This document shows positions 41,219 through 50,798 of a stretch of 64,000 nucleotides of DNA, piece after piece. The position numbers and the translations under genes were made by a program. The stretch is from an uncultured virus (IMG/VR IMGVR_UViG_3300028888_002345) (taxonomy: Duplodnaviria > Heunggongvirae > Uroviricota > Caudoviricetes), in IMG/VR virus record IMGVR_UViG_3300028888_002345; one strand, given 5' to 3'. The notes beneath the pieces are model-generated. The model was not told the DNA's origin. It saw only the letters and a list, made by a program, of their open reading frames with translations, and did no database searches. Within the stretch, counting starts at the first letter, position 1, and each line of letters begins with the position of its first letter.

Positions 41219-42396
41219 CTATTTTCTTCATCCTCCTTCTTTTGTTTCTAAATCTAATTATTGTAAGCTTGAATATCTTGGTCTGTTATCTAAACATAAT
41301 CCAGTCCTTTTTCTTTGGCTTCTTTCCTATCTTGTTTTTGCTGCTCATTATTTTTAATCTTCTTTAAATAATCTTCTATCTATCTTTTTAAAGCAGGATC
41401 TTCATATACTAAAGATTTAGTATAATCTTTTAAATCTTTTATAATAACATCTACTACATCTAACTATACATCAATAGGAATTTGAGGAATTTCTCCACCA
41501 TGCTTCTAACAATAGTCAACAAGCTAACCAACCGAATCTATAAACTAACTTGTTTTTTCTTTATTCTGAGCAGCTGTAAATTTTGCAGACTTTCGTAATG
41601 TATCAGAAACTCTTGCTAATTTTTGATAACCCTAAAGATCCCCTTGATCAATAGCCTGATTCATTTTAAGATTATTTTTACAAATAAGAATAAGAGTAGA
41701 ACGAGTATCTGCATCTTGAATATCAAAAGACTCCATCATCTCATTATAAAAAGTTTCAAGCTATACCCATTCTTGAGGAGTATAATATCTACCCCATTTC
41801 ATAACAAGATATTTTTTGTCTTCTTCTGTTAAATCTTGTGCTAAATCTGGTATTTCCTATTCAGGCATAAAATTTTTTTCATTATATAAATTGTTCTGTC
41901 CAATAGGAGAATAATCCGCGGGAACAGGTTTATCCCGCTAACGCTGGATCTCCGCTTTTACTAGGGTGCGATATTGAGCTTCTGTAATCTAGCCTTTCTA
42001 AAATTGATCAGCATACATTTCAGAAAGGGTCTTGTCTTGTTCCGCTTGAGCGGCGACCGCGAGTTCATGCTATTTTGTTAATTTTTCAGTATCCTTCCAA
42101 CCATAATCCTTAAATTGTTTAAGTTTCATTTTAGAAAGATATTTACCGAATACAGTAGTATCATTTTTTTTATTTGGGTTTTTAGCATAAGCTTTCTACC
42201 TTAAACTATCCCATTCCCAAGGTAGCCAAGGGACATCATACTCTTCTAATAACCAAACAAAAGTATTTGGATCCCAAATATCTACATGCATTAAAGTGCA
42301 TTCTTTACATAAAGAAGGTTTAGATCCATCCTTATACGTATAGAACATTGTTTCTTCTTTTGTTCTACCGCATTTAGAGCAAACTAACTTTGACAC
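41215..42396 (-). CDS. Zn-finger protein upstream of terL, possible terminase small subunit (393 aa, TAG read-through)
   Basis: GTG start with GGAGG RBS; CSKC...CKEC; the TGA overlaps the terL ATG (ATGA). Confidence 0.55.
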
Positions 42397-42410
42397 TGTA
42401 TAAAACCTCC

Positions 42411-43520
42411 TTATTTCTTTTTATTTCGACATTCTTTACAGATTGAATACCATCCATCTTTACTTGTATTATTCTTAGAAAAAAATTTATTATGGGCTAA
42501 TTTAATTTGCCCACATCTAGAACAACGTTTCCATTTCCCCTTTTCTACAAAAGTATAATACCAAATTAAATAATTTTTTTCCTAATATTCTGCTATTAAC
42601 TTAGGAATTTTCTTTCTCCATAAGGAAGAAAGATATTCAATAGAATAAGAATGTCCATACTTTTTATATAATAACTATTGAATTTCTAAATTTGATTTAC
42701 CATCTATTTTATAAATTAATAAATCATAATAAAGAGGATATTTATCTTTTAATGCATTATCTATAATATTTTCTAAATCTTGCATTAAATAAAAAATATC
42801 AGAAGTAAAATGTCCTTCTGCCTATTGTTTAATTTTAGAATAATTACATAAAAGAATTGAAATATGTATAGGATTAAAAAAAGAAATTAATCCTTTATTT
42901 ATTATATTTCCATCTTTATCAATTTCTATTCTATCAGACAAGTCAAGAGTAGAAAAGCTTTTTATAAGATTTAAACTATATATAATAGGTTTATAAGAAC
43001 TCTTTATAATATATTGATCTTGTCTCATCTAAATAATTTGCTTTTTAAGCAAATATTTTTTTCTTCCTCTTGCCTTTTTTTCTAGTTCCTATACCTTTTT
43101 TATTTCTTCTCTAAGCTTTTTTAACTAAGGTATATTCTAAGCTTCCTCCTAGGATATTTTATATTTAGGGGTTAATAAGACATTTTTATCATTTATAATC
43201 ATATTATAAATGCCATCTTCACCATTCTAAAATTTTCCAACTAATCCCTAAAAAGAAGTTTCTCGCTTATTAATAGTTACCATTCTATTATCTGTATTAA
43301 TATTCTTTTCTTTCTTCTCTAACTTTGTCATTGCAAATATGATATAGTCAGCGAGAATCTACAAATATTTATTATTTAATTTCTAAGGAGGAGCATTTTC
43401 AACTATTTTTTTAACTAATTCTACTCGATCTTCAGGACTTTCAAGAGAGTAGTCTAAACGTAATACCTCTTCTTGACTAGTATCAATCTCCTTTGGACCG
43501 ACGCCCGCGTTTTCTTGCAT
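42411..43520 (-). CDS. Putative transcription regulator with HTH-like region and C-terminal Zn finger (369 aa, TAG read-through)
   Basis: LDYSLESPEDR...YL*ILADY...RETSF*GLVGKF*NGEDG...EYLSSLWRKKIPKLIA...CSRC...CKEC; first gene of the late strand. Confidence 0.55.
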
Positions 43521-43539
43521 TGAATTTCTCCTTATCATT

Positions 43540-43660
43540 TTGATCTCTATGTATAACATTATATCAAAAATTTTTCTACAAATCAACTAGATAAATTAAA
43601 CATATTTGATAAAAGATAAAAATTATGTTATAATTAATTATAAAAATAAAAGAGGAGATA
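43540..43660. promoter_or_regulatory. Divergent sigma70-type promoters at the late/early strand switch
   Basis: Plus strand TTGATA...TGTTATAAT (43606-43634); minus strand TTGATT...TGATATAAT (43586-43558). Confidence 0.6.
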
Positions 43661-43666
43661 TTATTT

Positions 43667-44056
43667 ATGTCTGTTATATATAAATATCCTATTGAATTCG
43701 ATTTTAAAAATCAAAAAAAATATGTAAATCTTCCAGAAAATAGTGAAGTTTTTTCTACTATTTTTACCGATATTTATACTGCTTATATTTATGCTATTGT
43801 TCATTCAACAGAAGGAAAAATAGAAAAAAGAGATATTCTTTGGTTAGGAACAGGACAAGAGCTAACAAAAGAGCAGGAAGATAAAATTAAATATTATACT
43901 TTTTTAGGGACTTTTAAAATAGGCAGCAATTTAAATTTAATTTGGCATCTTTGGATAGAGCCTAAAAAAGTAAAATGGACTTGTATTGACTTAGATACAA
44001 ATACACCTTATGAAAATGCTTATTATAAAATCAAAAGATATGAAGAAATAAAATAA
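43667..44056 (+). CDS. Hypothetical phage protein
   Basis: GAGGAG RBS; IYKYP...GTG...LGT...WH pattern. Confidence 0.7.
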   Translation: MSVIYKYPIEFDFKNQKKYVNLPENSEVFSTIFTDIYTAYIYAIVHSTEGKIEKRDILWLGTGQELTKEQEDKIKYYTFLGTFKIGSNLNLIWHLWIEPKKVKWTCIDLDTNTPYENAYYKIKRYEEIK

Positions 44057-44057
44057 A

Positions 44058-44405
44058 ATGAATGTAGCTGTAATCGCGGCGGCCGGTGCCCTTAATTACC
44101 GTTTATTAGATAATAAGCTTAATGAACTTATCGAATCATCGGGTTGTTATCTATTTAATATTTTATGTGGGTCAGTAACTAGTGAAAAAAGTAATGAAGA
44201 AACCTTAGGAAAACTTTGGGCAAGAAAAAACGGAGCGCCGGTAATAAATATCTATGCAAAAACGATTAATGAATTGGTAGACAAGATAATTTTAAAAGCG
44301 GATTATGCTATTTTTATTTTGGATGGAAATCCTTTAATTAATAATATTTTTATGAGATATAAGATGTCAGGAAAACATGGTAGCGTTATTACGCGGAAAG
44401 GTTAA
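44058..44405 (+). CDS. SLOG / DUF2493-like protein
   Basis: N-terminal beta strand plus Gly; LGKLWARKNG and ADYAIFILDG motifs. Confidence 0.5.
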   Translation: MNVAVIAAAGALNYRLLDNKLNELIESSGCYLFNILCGSVTSEKSNEETLGKLWARKNGAPVINIYAKTINELVDKIILKADYAIFILDGNPLINNIFMRYKMSGKHGSVITRKG

Positions 44406-44449
44406 GGGCATGCCCTTATCGATTAAGGGCGGCCGCGAATAATAAATAA

Positions 44450-44686
44450 ATGATAGGTGGAGCAGCAGTTTATAGAGCAGGGGTGTCAGTCAATTATAAA
44501 TGTTATTATCCAAAACCGCACCCGTTTTGGAAATGTAAGAAAAAAATTCCGACAGATTGTTTTCGTTGTCAGTATTGTGAAGCAAAAATGAGAGCTTAGG
44601 AAGCAACTAAATTATTAGATATGGTAGAAAGATTAAAGATCGAAAAAAGATATGGATGGAAAAGAGAGGAAGAAATTAAAAAATGA
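44450..44686 (+). CDS. Cys-rich hypothetical protein (1 TAG at 44597)
   Basis: Read-through ends at a TGA overlapping the ATG of the next gene (ATGA 44683-44686). Confidence 0.5.
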
Positions 44687-45015
44687 TTAATATTGGTGGT
44701 TTGCCTAAGGTATTAGCTTATATTTTTATGATAATAGGTAGTTTTACTTGTGTTGGAATAATGACTGCAATAATTATAAGCATACAAGGCTTTATTTCAG
44801 ATTTAATAAAGAGATTAAAATGGAAATATAAATATAAGCATCGTTTTGATAAGCCTCCTCTGGCTAAATGCTATTGTATAGATTGTGATTTCTATGGGAA
44901 AAATAATAATAGAGAAGATTGGAATGAATGCCTTGCTCACAAAGGTTGGAGAGTAGCAGAAGAATGGTTTTGTTGGCAAGCAACTCCGTGTGAAAGTGAT
45001 ACAGAGAAAGAATAA
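44683..45015 (+). CDS. Membrane-anchored Cys-rich hypothetical protein
   Basis: N-terminal hydrophobic helix; CYCIDC...C...FC. Confidence 0.65.
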   Translation: MINIGGLPKVLAYIFMIIGSFTCVGIMTAIIISIQGFISDLIKRLKWKYKYKHRFDKPPLAKCYCIDCDFYGKNNNREDWNECLAHKGWRVAEEWFCWQATPCESDTEKE

Positions 45016-45029
45016 GAAGATAAATATAA

Positions 45030-45329
45030 ATGAGAGCAACGATTAATTTAAGAAGACCTATTGTTAAGATAGATGCTGACTTTGATGAAAATTCAATTGA
45101 AGCTAATGGATATGAAATTTTAAAGTGGACTCCATGTATAAAAGAATTGCCAAAAAGTAGAACTGAAGTGTTGGTATCATGCCACGATGATTCTGGAGAT
45201 ACTCCATATGATTATACATCTTATGGATGGATGACAACCAATAAAGAATATTGGATTATTGATAATGAAATAAACAATTTTGTTGTTGCATGGATGCCAT
45301 TACCAAAACCGTGGAGAGGAGAAAAATAA
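45030..45329 (+). CDS. DUF551-like protein
   Basis: WTPCIKELP...VLV...VVAWMPLPKPW. Confidence 0.7.
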   Translation: MRATINLRRPIVKIDADFDENSIEANGYEILKWTPCIKELPKSRTEVLVSCHDDSGDTPYDYTSYGWMTTNKEYWIIDNEINNFVVAWMPLPKPWRGEK

Positions 45330-45556
45330 TGCGAATTAATCTTAACGAGGATATGGAGGCACTGCCATCTACACAGCCAACTTTATACGGATATAATATA
45401 GAACATCTTGAACTAATAGCAAGAATTCTTCAGGAAGAAAATTTATCGCCAGAGAGAATAGGAGAAGCTTTAACAGATATTGGCAGCATTGTTGCTGTTG
45501 TTAGAAATGAATATGAAGAAGCATTAAGAAAGGCGATAGAGCAATGTATGACTTAA
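45329..45556 (+). CDS. Hypothetical protein
   Basis: ATG 45329 overlaps the upstream TAA; GGAG RBS. Confidence 0.55.
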   Translation: MRINLNEDMEALPSTQPTLYGYNIEHLELIARILQEENLSPERIGEALTDIGSIVAVVRNEYEEALRKAIEQCMT

Positions 45557-45867
45557 TTAGCAAACAAACGGTAATTGATATAGAAGGACTCGATGAACAA
45601 ATCAAATGTGAAATGTGCATAAATCCAATGCGTACAGATAGAGGATGCGATGGTAGTTGCAAATATGACGAGAAGCTATATGAAAGAATAATGCAAATAC
45701 TTGGTGAAAGAATAAAATCATTGCCACCCGCACAGCCCGAACCATCAACAGAAATACAGGAAATTCTTAACTATCTTGACACTGCACTCCATCCGATTGT
45801 ATCACCGGATAACTGGAATGTGTATGCCGAATTATATGATATGGTAAGCAAATTACCATCTGCATAG
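45544..45867 (+). CDS. Hypothetical protein (LPSAQPE family; 3' end looks like a deletion junction)
   Basis: Track ORF; ends at TAG, see findings. Confidence 0.55.
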   Translation: MYDLISKQTVIDIEGLDEQIKCEMCINPMRTDRGCDGSCKYDEKLYERIMQILGERIKSLPPAQPEPSTEIQEILNYLDTALHPIVSPDNWNVYAELYDMVSKLPSA

Positions 45868-45907
45868 CATGGATGCCATTGCCAGAACCATATAAGGGGG
45901 AATAGTA

Positions 45908-46252
45908 ATGAGCAATAGGAAGATCATATACATTGATGATGCTATTAATGCGCTGAACAAATCATTCGATAGGGAAACGCTTTTAAATCATTTTGTGCGA
46001 AAAGTTGCGATTGATGCTATTAAGCAGTTGCCATCCGCACAGCCAGAACGAAAGAAGGGGAAGTGGATTAACAAAAAGCCAAGATGGATTGGAAGTCTAT
46101 CAATGACCGTACAAGATGCTTATGAATGTTCAAACTGTGGTGAAGCTGGCGTTAATTGGTGGAAGTATTGTATTTATTGCGGCGCATCGATGGAAATAGA
46201 GGAGTGGAGAAAACCTATAATCGAGAGGTGGAGAATCGATGAGACTAATTGA
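45908..46252 (+). CDS. Zn-ribbon hypothetical protein
   Basis: LPSAQPERKKGKW...CSNCG...YCIYCGA. Confidence 0.7.
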   Translation: MSNRKIIYIDDAINALNKSFDRETLLNHFVRKVAIDAIKQLPSAQPERKKGKWINKKPRWIGSLSMTVQDAYECSNCGEAGVNWWKYCIYCGASMEIEEWRKPIIERWRIDETN

Positions 46253-46652
46253 TGCGGATGCGCTGATGCAATCACTTAAAATTCTCAACACAGATTGTGG
46301 AGGATGTGAGAGTGCCGATCCGAACTATGGAAATTGCATGAGAGATTTTGCAGAAGCATGCACGGCAATTAAGGATGCACCGACCATCGAAGAACGAAAG
46401 AAGGGAGAGTGGAATCATGGATTATGTAGTGTATGTGGATACGATTGGGGAAAAGATGCACCTATTGCAAATGTCCCACCATTCTGCCCTAACTGCGGAA
46501 CGGATATGAGAGAAAGTAATAAATTATTAAATAATTGTTCAAAATGTAAACATGGTAAAAATTATTTAAATAATATGTGGTGGTGTGAAAAGCACGATAT
46601 GATGAAAAATAGAGAAGGAGAAAGCTGCTCTGATTTTAAAAATAAATATTAA
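46239..46652 (+). CDS. Zn-ribbon hypothetical protein
   Basis: MRLIDADAL...CSVCG...FCPNCG. Confidence 0.7.
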   Translation: MRLIDADALMQSLKILNTDCGGCESADPNYGNCMRDFAEACTAIKDAPTIEERKKGEWNHGLCSVCGYDWGKDAPIANVPPFCPNCGTDMRESNKLLNNCSKCKHGKNYLNNMWWCEKHDMMKNREGESCSDFKNKY

Positions 46653-46994
46653 AATATGGAAAATTAAAAATAATTTGGCACTTGATACTGGGAATATCGT
46701 TTTAAAAAATAACTTGGTACTGGGAATGTCGAGCGCAAAGTCTTTTCAGATTCTCTACTATAAAATCCCATAAGGTATGCCCCCTAGTACGTTCCGTAGA
46801 TTTGCACACCGGAAAATTTTGGCCTCCGAACATACCTTCCCTATTAATCGCTCGGAGCGTTGCCGCACGCAAAGCTCCGGTTTTTTGATTAAAATAAAAG
46901 GCAAGATTTTTTATTTGCATTGATGCGAAGCAAAAATTTTCTATTAAATCCTAAAAGACTAAAGCAAATCACACTACAGAACTATCAGGCAAGA

Positions 46995-47207
46995 TTGTTA
47001 AACTTTTAACAGGTTAACATCAATGTATTGCTTTAAAATTAAAAAATTTAATAACCAGAAGAAGCCATTTGTTAAAAAATTAACAAGCTTGTTAAATTAT
47101 TAACAGCTACTTAATGATGAAAAGGAGTTTTATTGTTAATAATTTAACAAGCTTGTTAATTTTTTAACAAGAGATCATTCGGAGCAAGATTGTTAAAAAT
47201 TTAACAA
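46995..47207. promoter_or_regulatory. Array of six TTGTTAA-N4-TTAACA(A/G) palindromes (Rex-operator-like)
   Basis: Copies start at 46995, 47069, 47089, 47133, 47153 and 47190; four are perfect. Confidence 0.7.
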
Positions 47208-47672
47208 ACTATTAAAATTTTTAAAATAAAAAAATTTTAATTAAAATAAAAAATTTTAATAATTTTAATCCGGTCTACATGAAAGGGTTAGAGAAACTAA
47301 ACTTGAGTAAGAGAGTTTGAACCAAGAGAGAAGGAAGAGAGAAAGAGAGAGAACGACAAAAGACAAAAGAGCAAAACAAACAAACAAAATAATATTTTTA
47401 TTGACAAAATAATATTTTTATGTTATTATTTAATAAAGATAAAAAATAAATAATGTAAAAAGCATTGAAAGAAAGAGTACTTTAATTGATAATGCTATTC
47501 TATTCTAAAATTAAAAAAATATTTACAATAGGTAAAGTTATTTATTGTATTACAAACAATCTTTCTTTAAGCAATTATAAAAGTATTTAGAAGCAACTTA
47601 TTTTCAGTTATTCTAAAGCAATAGAAAACAAAAGCAAAACAACTAACAACATTTATTAAAGGAGAAAAGAAA

Positions 47673-47945
47673 ATGGTCACTTTACAGATTACTTTATTTG
47701 ACAAGAATAATAAATACAAACCAATTAGCACTTTAATTGATGTTGAGAGTATCGAAGAATACAAGAAACATCCTATTGATTATAAGATAAAGGCTATACA
47801 AAAGATTTGTAACAAGAGGTATTTAACAGGCAAAGAATTGCAGAATTTAGGATACACAATTATTAAAGTAAGAAACTACACTTTGTACAAAGAACTACTT
47901 GACAAAAAAAAGAAAAGTGATATAATAAAAGAAAAAAGGAGATAA
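47673..47945 (+). CDS. Hypothetical early protein
   Basis: AAGGAG RBS; TAA stop. Confidence 0.7.
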   Translation: MVTLQITLFDKNNKYKPISTLIDVESIEEYKKHPIDYKIKAIQKICNKRYLTGKELQNLGYTIIKVRNYTLYKELLDKKKKSDIIKEKRR

Positions 47946-47951
47946 AAGAAA

Positions 47952-48236
47952 ATGAATAAAAGATTTTGGTATGAAGGTTTAATTATTGTTGTTCTTTTTG
48001 TTGTATTACTTGGCTTTTGCTCAAAGATTGAAAGCACTTACACAAGAAAAGCAAGGGTTTGTACAATAGAAGACGAAACTGTTCTTTTTATTGATGAAAC
48101 AGGAAATGTTTGGGAATGGGAACTTGAAGAAGGAGAAGAGTACAAGGTAAATGAGAAAGTAAAACTTGTCATGTTTAGTAACTTTACAGATGATATTATT
48201 GAAGATGATGAAATAAAAAAGATAAAAAAATATTAA
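47952..48236 (+). CDS. Hypothetical protein with N-terminal TM helix
   Basis: Own promoter (TTGACA at 47899) and RBS. Confidence 0.7.
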   Translation: MNKRFWYEGLIIVVLFVVLLGFCSKIESTYTRKARVCTIEDETVLFIDETGNVWEWELEEGEEYKVNEKVKLVMFSNFTDDIIEDDEIKKIKKY

Positions 48237-48302
48237 AAAAGTATTGACAAAAGAGATAAAGTATAGTATATTATAGTTAGAAAAAGAAAGGAGATAAAAA
48301 CA

Positions 48303-48440
48303 ATGGCTACCACAAAAGAAAGAATCGAAGAACTGGAAAAGAAAGAATTTTTCTTAGAGATGAAAGACCGCTGGACAAGAGAAGACTTTGAAACGATGAG
48401 AAAAATCAGAGAAGAAATCAGAGAACTTAAAAAACAGTAA
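48303..48440 (+). CDS. Small hypothetical protein (45 aa)
   Basis: Promoter at 48244; AAGGAG RBS; MATTKERIEELEKK... Confidence 0.65.
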   Translation: MATTKERIEELEKKEFFLEMKDRWTREDFETMRKIREEIRELKKQ

Positions 48441-48625
48441 CCGCGGCGGCCGGTCCAAAGAAGATTTGGACCGGTCTTATTTTTATTAGAACGAGATTGT
48501 TAAAAATTTAACGAACTGGATAAAAACTGGATGAACCGGTTCCCGCGAATTTTTTTATTTTTACTATTGACAAATAAAATAAAATGTGTTATATTATAAT
48601 CAGAAAAGGAAAGGAGATACATAAA

Positions 48626-48772
48626 ATGTTAAAAATCAAGTTCAACGGTTCTGAGGCAGCTAAAGCGGTAGGTTTTAAAGAGTTTACAAAAGAATTCAAT
48701 AGCTTTAAAGAAGCAATGGAATTTTATAACAACTGCACTTTTGCTACAGAATGGGAAATGGTAGAAGAATAA
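48626..48772 (+). CDS. Small hypothetical protein
   Basis: Promoter at 48567; RBS; MLKIKFNG... Confidence 0.65.
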   Translation: MLKIKFNGSEAAKAVGFKEFTKEFNSFKEAMEFYNNCTFATEWEMVEE

Positions 48773-48837
48773 AACTTCTACCCTTTTTCTTTACTTTTTA
48801 AAAAATTTTTGGTATAATAATAGTAACAAATAAATAA

Positions 48838-49130
48838 AGGAGAAAAAGAGATGCAGGAGATTTATCGGATTTTTCAATTCTCGCAAGGCTCTTTACATTA
48901 GATTGCATTTGTCTGGTCTGAATCTGTAAAAGATTTTTTAGACTCGTGCAATAAACATAATGAAGAGCCAAACACAGTTTTCTTTTTTGCTCAAAAAATT
49001 TTTGTAGAACAATAAAGAAACAAGGCAGGACAACCAAAAACAGTTGTTCTTGTCCGAAAAATCCGACCGACTGGGAGTAGCAAGTTTTTAAGTGAAAATT
49101 AAAGCTACTTTTTGACTTCTCTTTTCCTAT
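48838..49130 (+). ncRNA. Candidate structured RNA overlapping a 54-codon TAG-containing ORF (48851-49015)
   Basis: Nested complementary segments between a promoter and a terminator; see findings. Confidence 0.4.
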
Positions 49131-49346
49131 ATTAGAAGAAGCGTTAAAACGCTTCTTTTTTAGTTTAATCCAGAACGACCGGCCGCAGGCCGAAAATTAT
49201 ACCACATGAGGAGGCAGTTTGTCAATAGGAAAAATATACAAATATTTAAAAAAATTTTATCCTAAAATTGTGCATCTTTTTCCAAAAAAAGTATTGACTT
49301 TCCGGTCAAAAGTGATATAATTAAATCATCGAAAGGAGATAAAACA

Positions 49347-49538
49347 ATGACAACAAAAAACATTTACATTCACGAACAGGCTTTTGGTTTTGCAATTTAT
49401 AACGATGGTAAAGTAGTTGATTATGCAACAAGTTGCTATGAAGCAGAAGAGAAAGCAAAACAGATTTCTGATACAAAGGGCATTATCTTAAAAGGACTTG
49501 TAAACATGACATTGAGAAAAGCGAAAAAAGAAGCTTAA
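49347..49538 (+). CDS. Hypothetical early protein
   Basis: Promoter, RBS and terminator. Confidence 0.65.
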   Translation: MTTKNIYIHEQAFGFAIYNDGKVVDYATSCYEAEEKAKQISDTKGIILKGLVNMTLRKAKKEA

Positions 49539-49758
49539 AAAGCTTCTTTTTTTTTGTCTAAATCGACCACTCCATGCCGAAAAATTATACCATGCGGGAA
49601 GCCAAGTTGTCAAGAGAAAAAATGCACAAATATTTAAAAATTTTTTATCCTAAAATTGTGCAAAAATTTTTCAAAAAAGTGTTGACATTATCATTCCAGT
49701 GTGGTATATTATAATCAAGGAAAGGGAAAACACCTAAACAAGAGAGGAGATAAAAACA

Positions 49759-49860
49759 ATGTTCGACGATTTCGATTTAGAGATTACCTGTGAAGAGTTC
49801 TACAATGACGAATACTACTTCGATGGAATGTATGGAGAAACTGAATATGAGGAGTTTTAA
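49759..49860 (+). CDS. Very acidic 33-aa peptide
   Basis: GAGGAG RBS; MFDDFDLEITCEEFYNDEYYFDGMYGETEYEEF. Confidence 0.6.
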   Translation: MFDDFDLEITCEEFYNDEYYFDGMYGETEYEEF

Positions 49861-49931
49861 AACTCCTCATAAAAAATCCTTGACAATATAATAAAAAAAT
49901 GATATAATAAAAGAAAAAAGGAGATAAAAAA

Positions 49932-50129
49932 ATGAGAAAACTGCTTTATAAGAATAATGTTACCAATAAAACTACGGCTTCTTACAATATCGCAAAAGAA
50001 TGGACAGATAAACAGATTTTCTTTGAAGACATTGAAGCACCAAAAGGATTTGAAGAACTGGAATTGGAAAAAGAAGCGAAAGAATATAATACAAAAGCTG
50101 GAATTGGAAAAAGAAGCAAAAAAAGATAA
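49932..50129 (+). CDS. Hypothetical early protein
   Basis: Promoter at 49880; RBS. Confidence 0.65.
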   Translation: MRKLLYKNNVTNKTTASYNIAKEWTDKQIFFEDIEAPKGFEELELEKEAKEYNTKAGIGKRSKKR

Positions 50130-50245
50130 TAATAAAAAATTCAGTGAAAAAACACTGAGTTTTTTTTATTTTTTTCAAAAAAACGCTTGACAAATAGACC
50201 GGTCTTTGTTATACTATAATCAGAAAAGGAAAGGAGATAACAAAG

Positions 50246-50545
50246 ATGACAAGCGTACACTTTACAAGAGATAGACAGGACAGAGAAAACCTTATAAAAG
50301 AGATCGGTTCCGGTAAAGTGGTAAAAAGAGTAGTTATCGACAGAGGACATAGAAACGGTCCGGAAATCCATGAAGTGACAGATAATGCAATCGTAAATAT
50401 CTACAATCAGAGAACAGGCAAGCTTATTACAAAACTGATTGCAAGACCGAACCAAATCAAAAGATACTATGAAGAGGGAAAAACACCAAAGGAAATCTTA
50501 AACAAAGCTTATGACCATATGAAAAAAGGATACAATGAAAGATAA
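50246..50545 (+). CDS. Hypothetical early protein
   Basis: Promoter at 50187; RBS. Confidence 0.7.
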   Translation: MTSVHFTRDRQDRENLIKEIGSGKVVKRVVIDRGHRNGPEIHEVTDNAIVNIYNQRTGKLITKLIARPNQIKRYYEEGKTPKEILNKAYDHMKKGYNER

Positions 50546-50607
50546 AAAAGGCTTGACAAAAATAAGCCTTTTTGATACAATAGAATTAAGGAAAAGGAGA
50601 AAAGAAA

Positions 50608-50754
50608 ATGACTAAAAAACAGATTAAAGAAAAGAATAAAAAAAATAGGGTTATAGTAGGTTTTAACACTGGCACAAGAACCTTCAAAAGCGCAAAAGAC
50701 TATGACAGAAAAAAAGAAAAGGAATTTTGCAGAAAAGCCTTGACAGCTTACTAA
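50608..50754 (+). CDS. Small basic protein (48 aa)
   Basis: Promoter at 50554; RBS; ...TGTRTFKSAKDYDRKKEK... Confidence 0.6.
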   Translation: MTKKQIKEKNKKNRVIVGFNTGTRTFKSAKDYDRKKEKEFCRKALTAY

Positions 50755-50798
50755 AAATGTGATAAGATATAATCATCAAGAGAGAGGAGAAAAAGAAA

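Noticed and set aside
282..41832. Plus-strand track ORFs in the late region (e.g. 6163, 9117, 25273, 34489, 36584)
   Set aside because: Antisense shadows of the read-through minus-strand genes, without RBSs
1..43520. Degraded prophage with pseudogenised structural genes
   Set aside because: In all segments translated, the interruptions are exclusively TAG, frames stay in register over kilobases, and gene ends abut the next RBS or start codon
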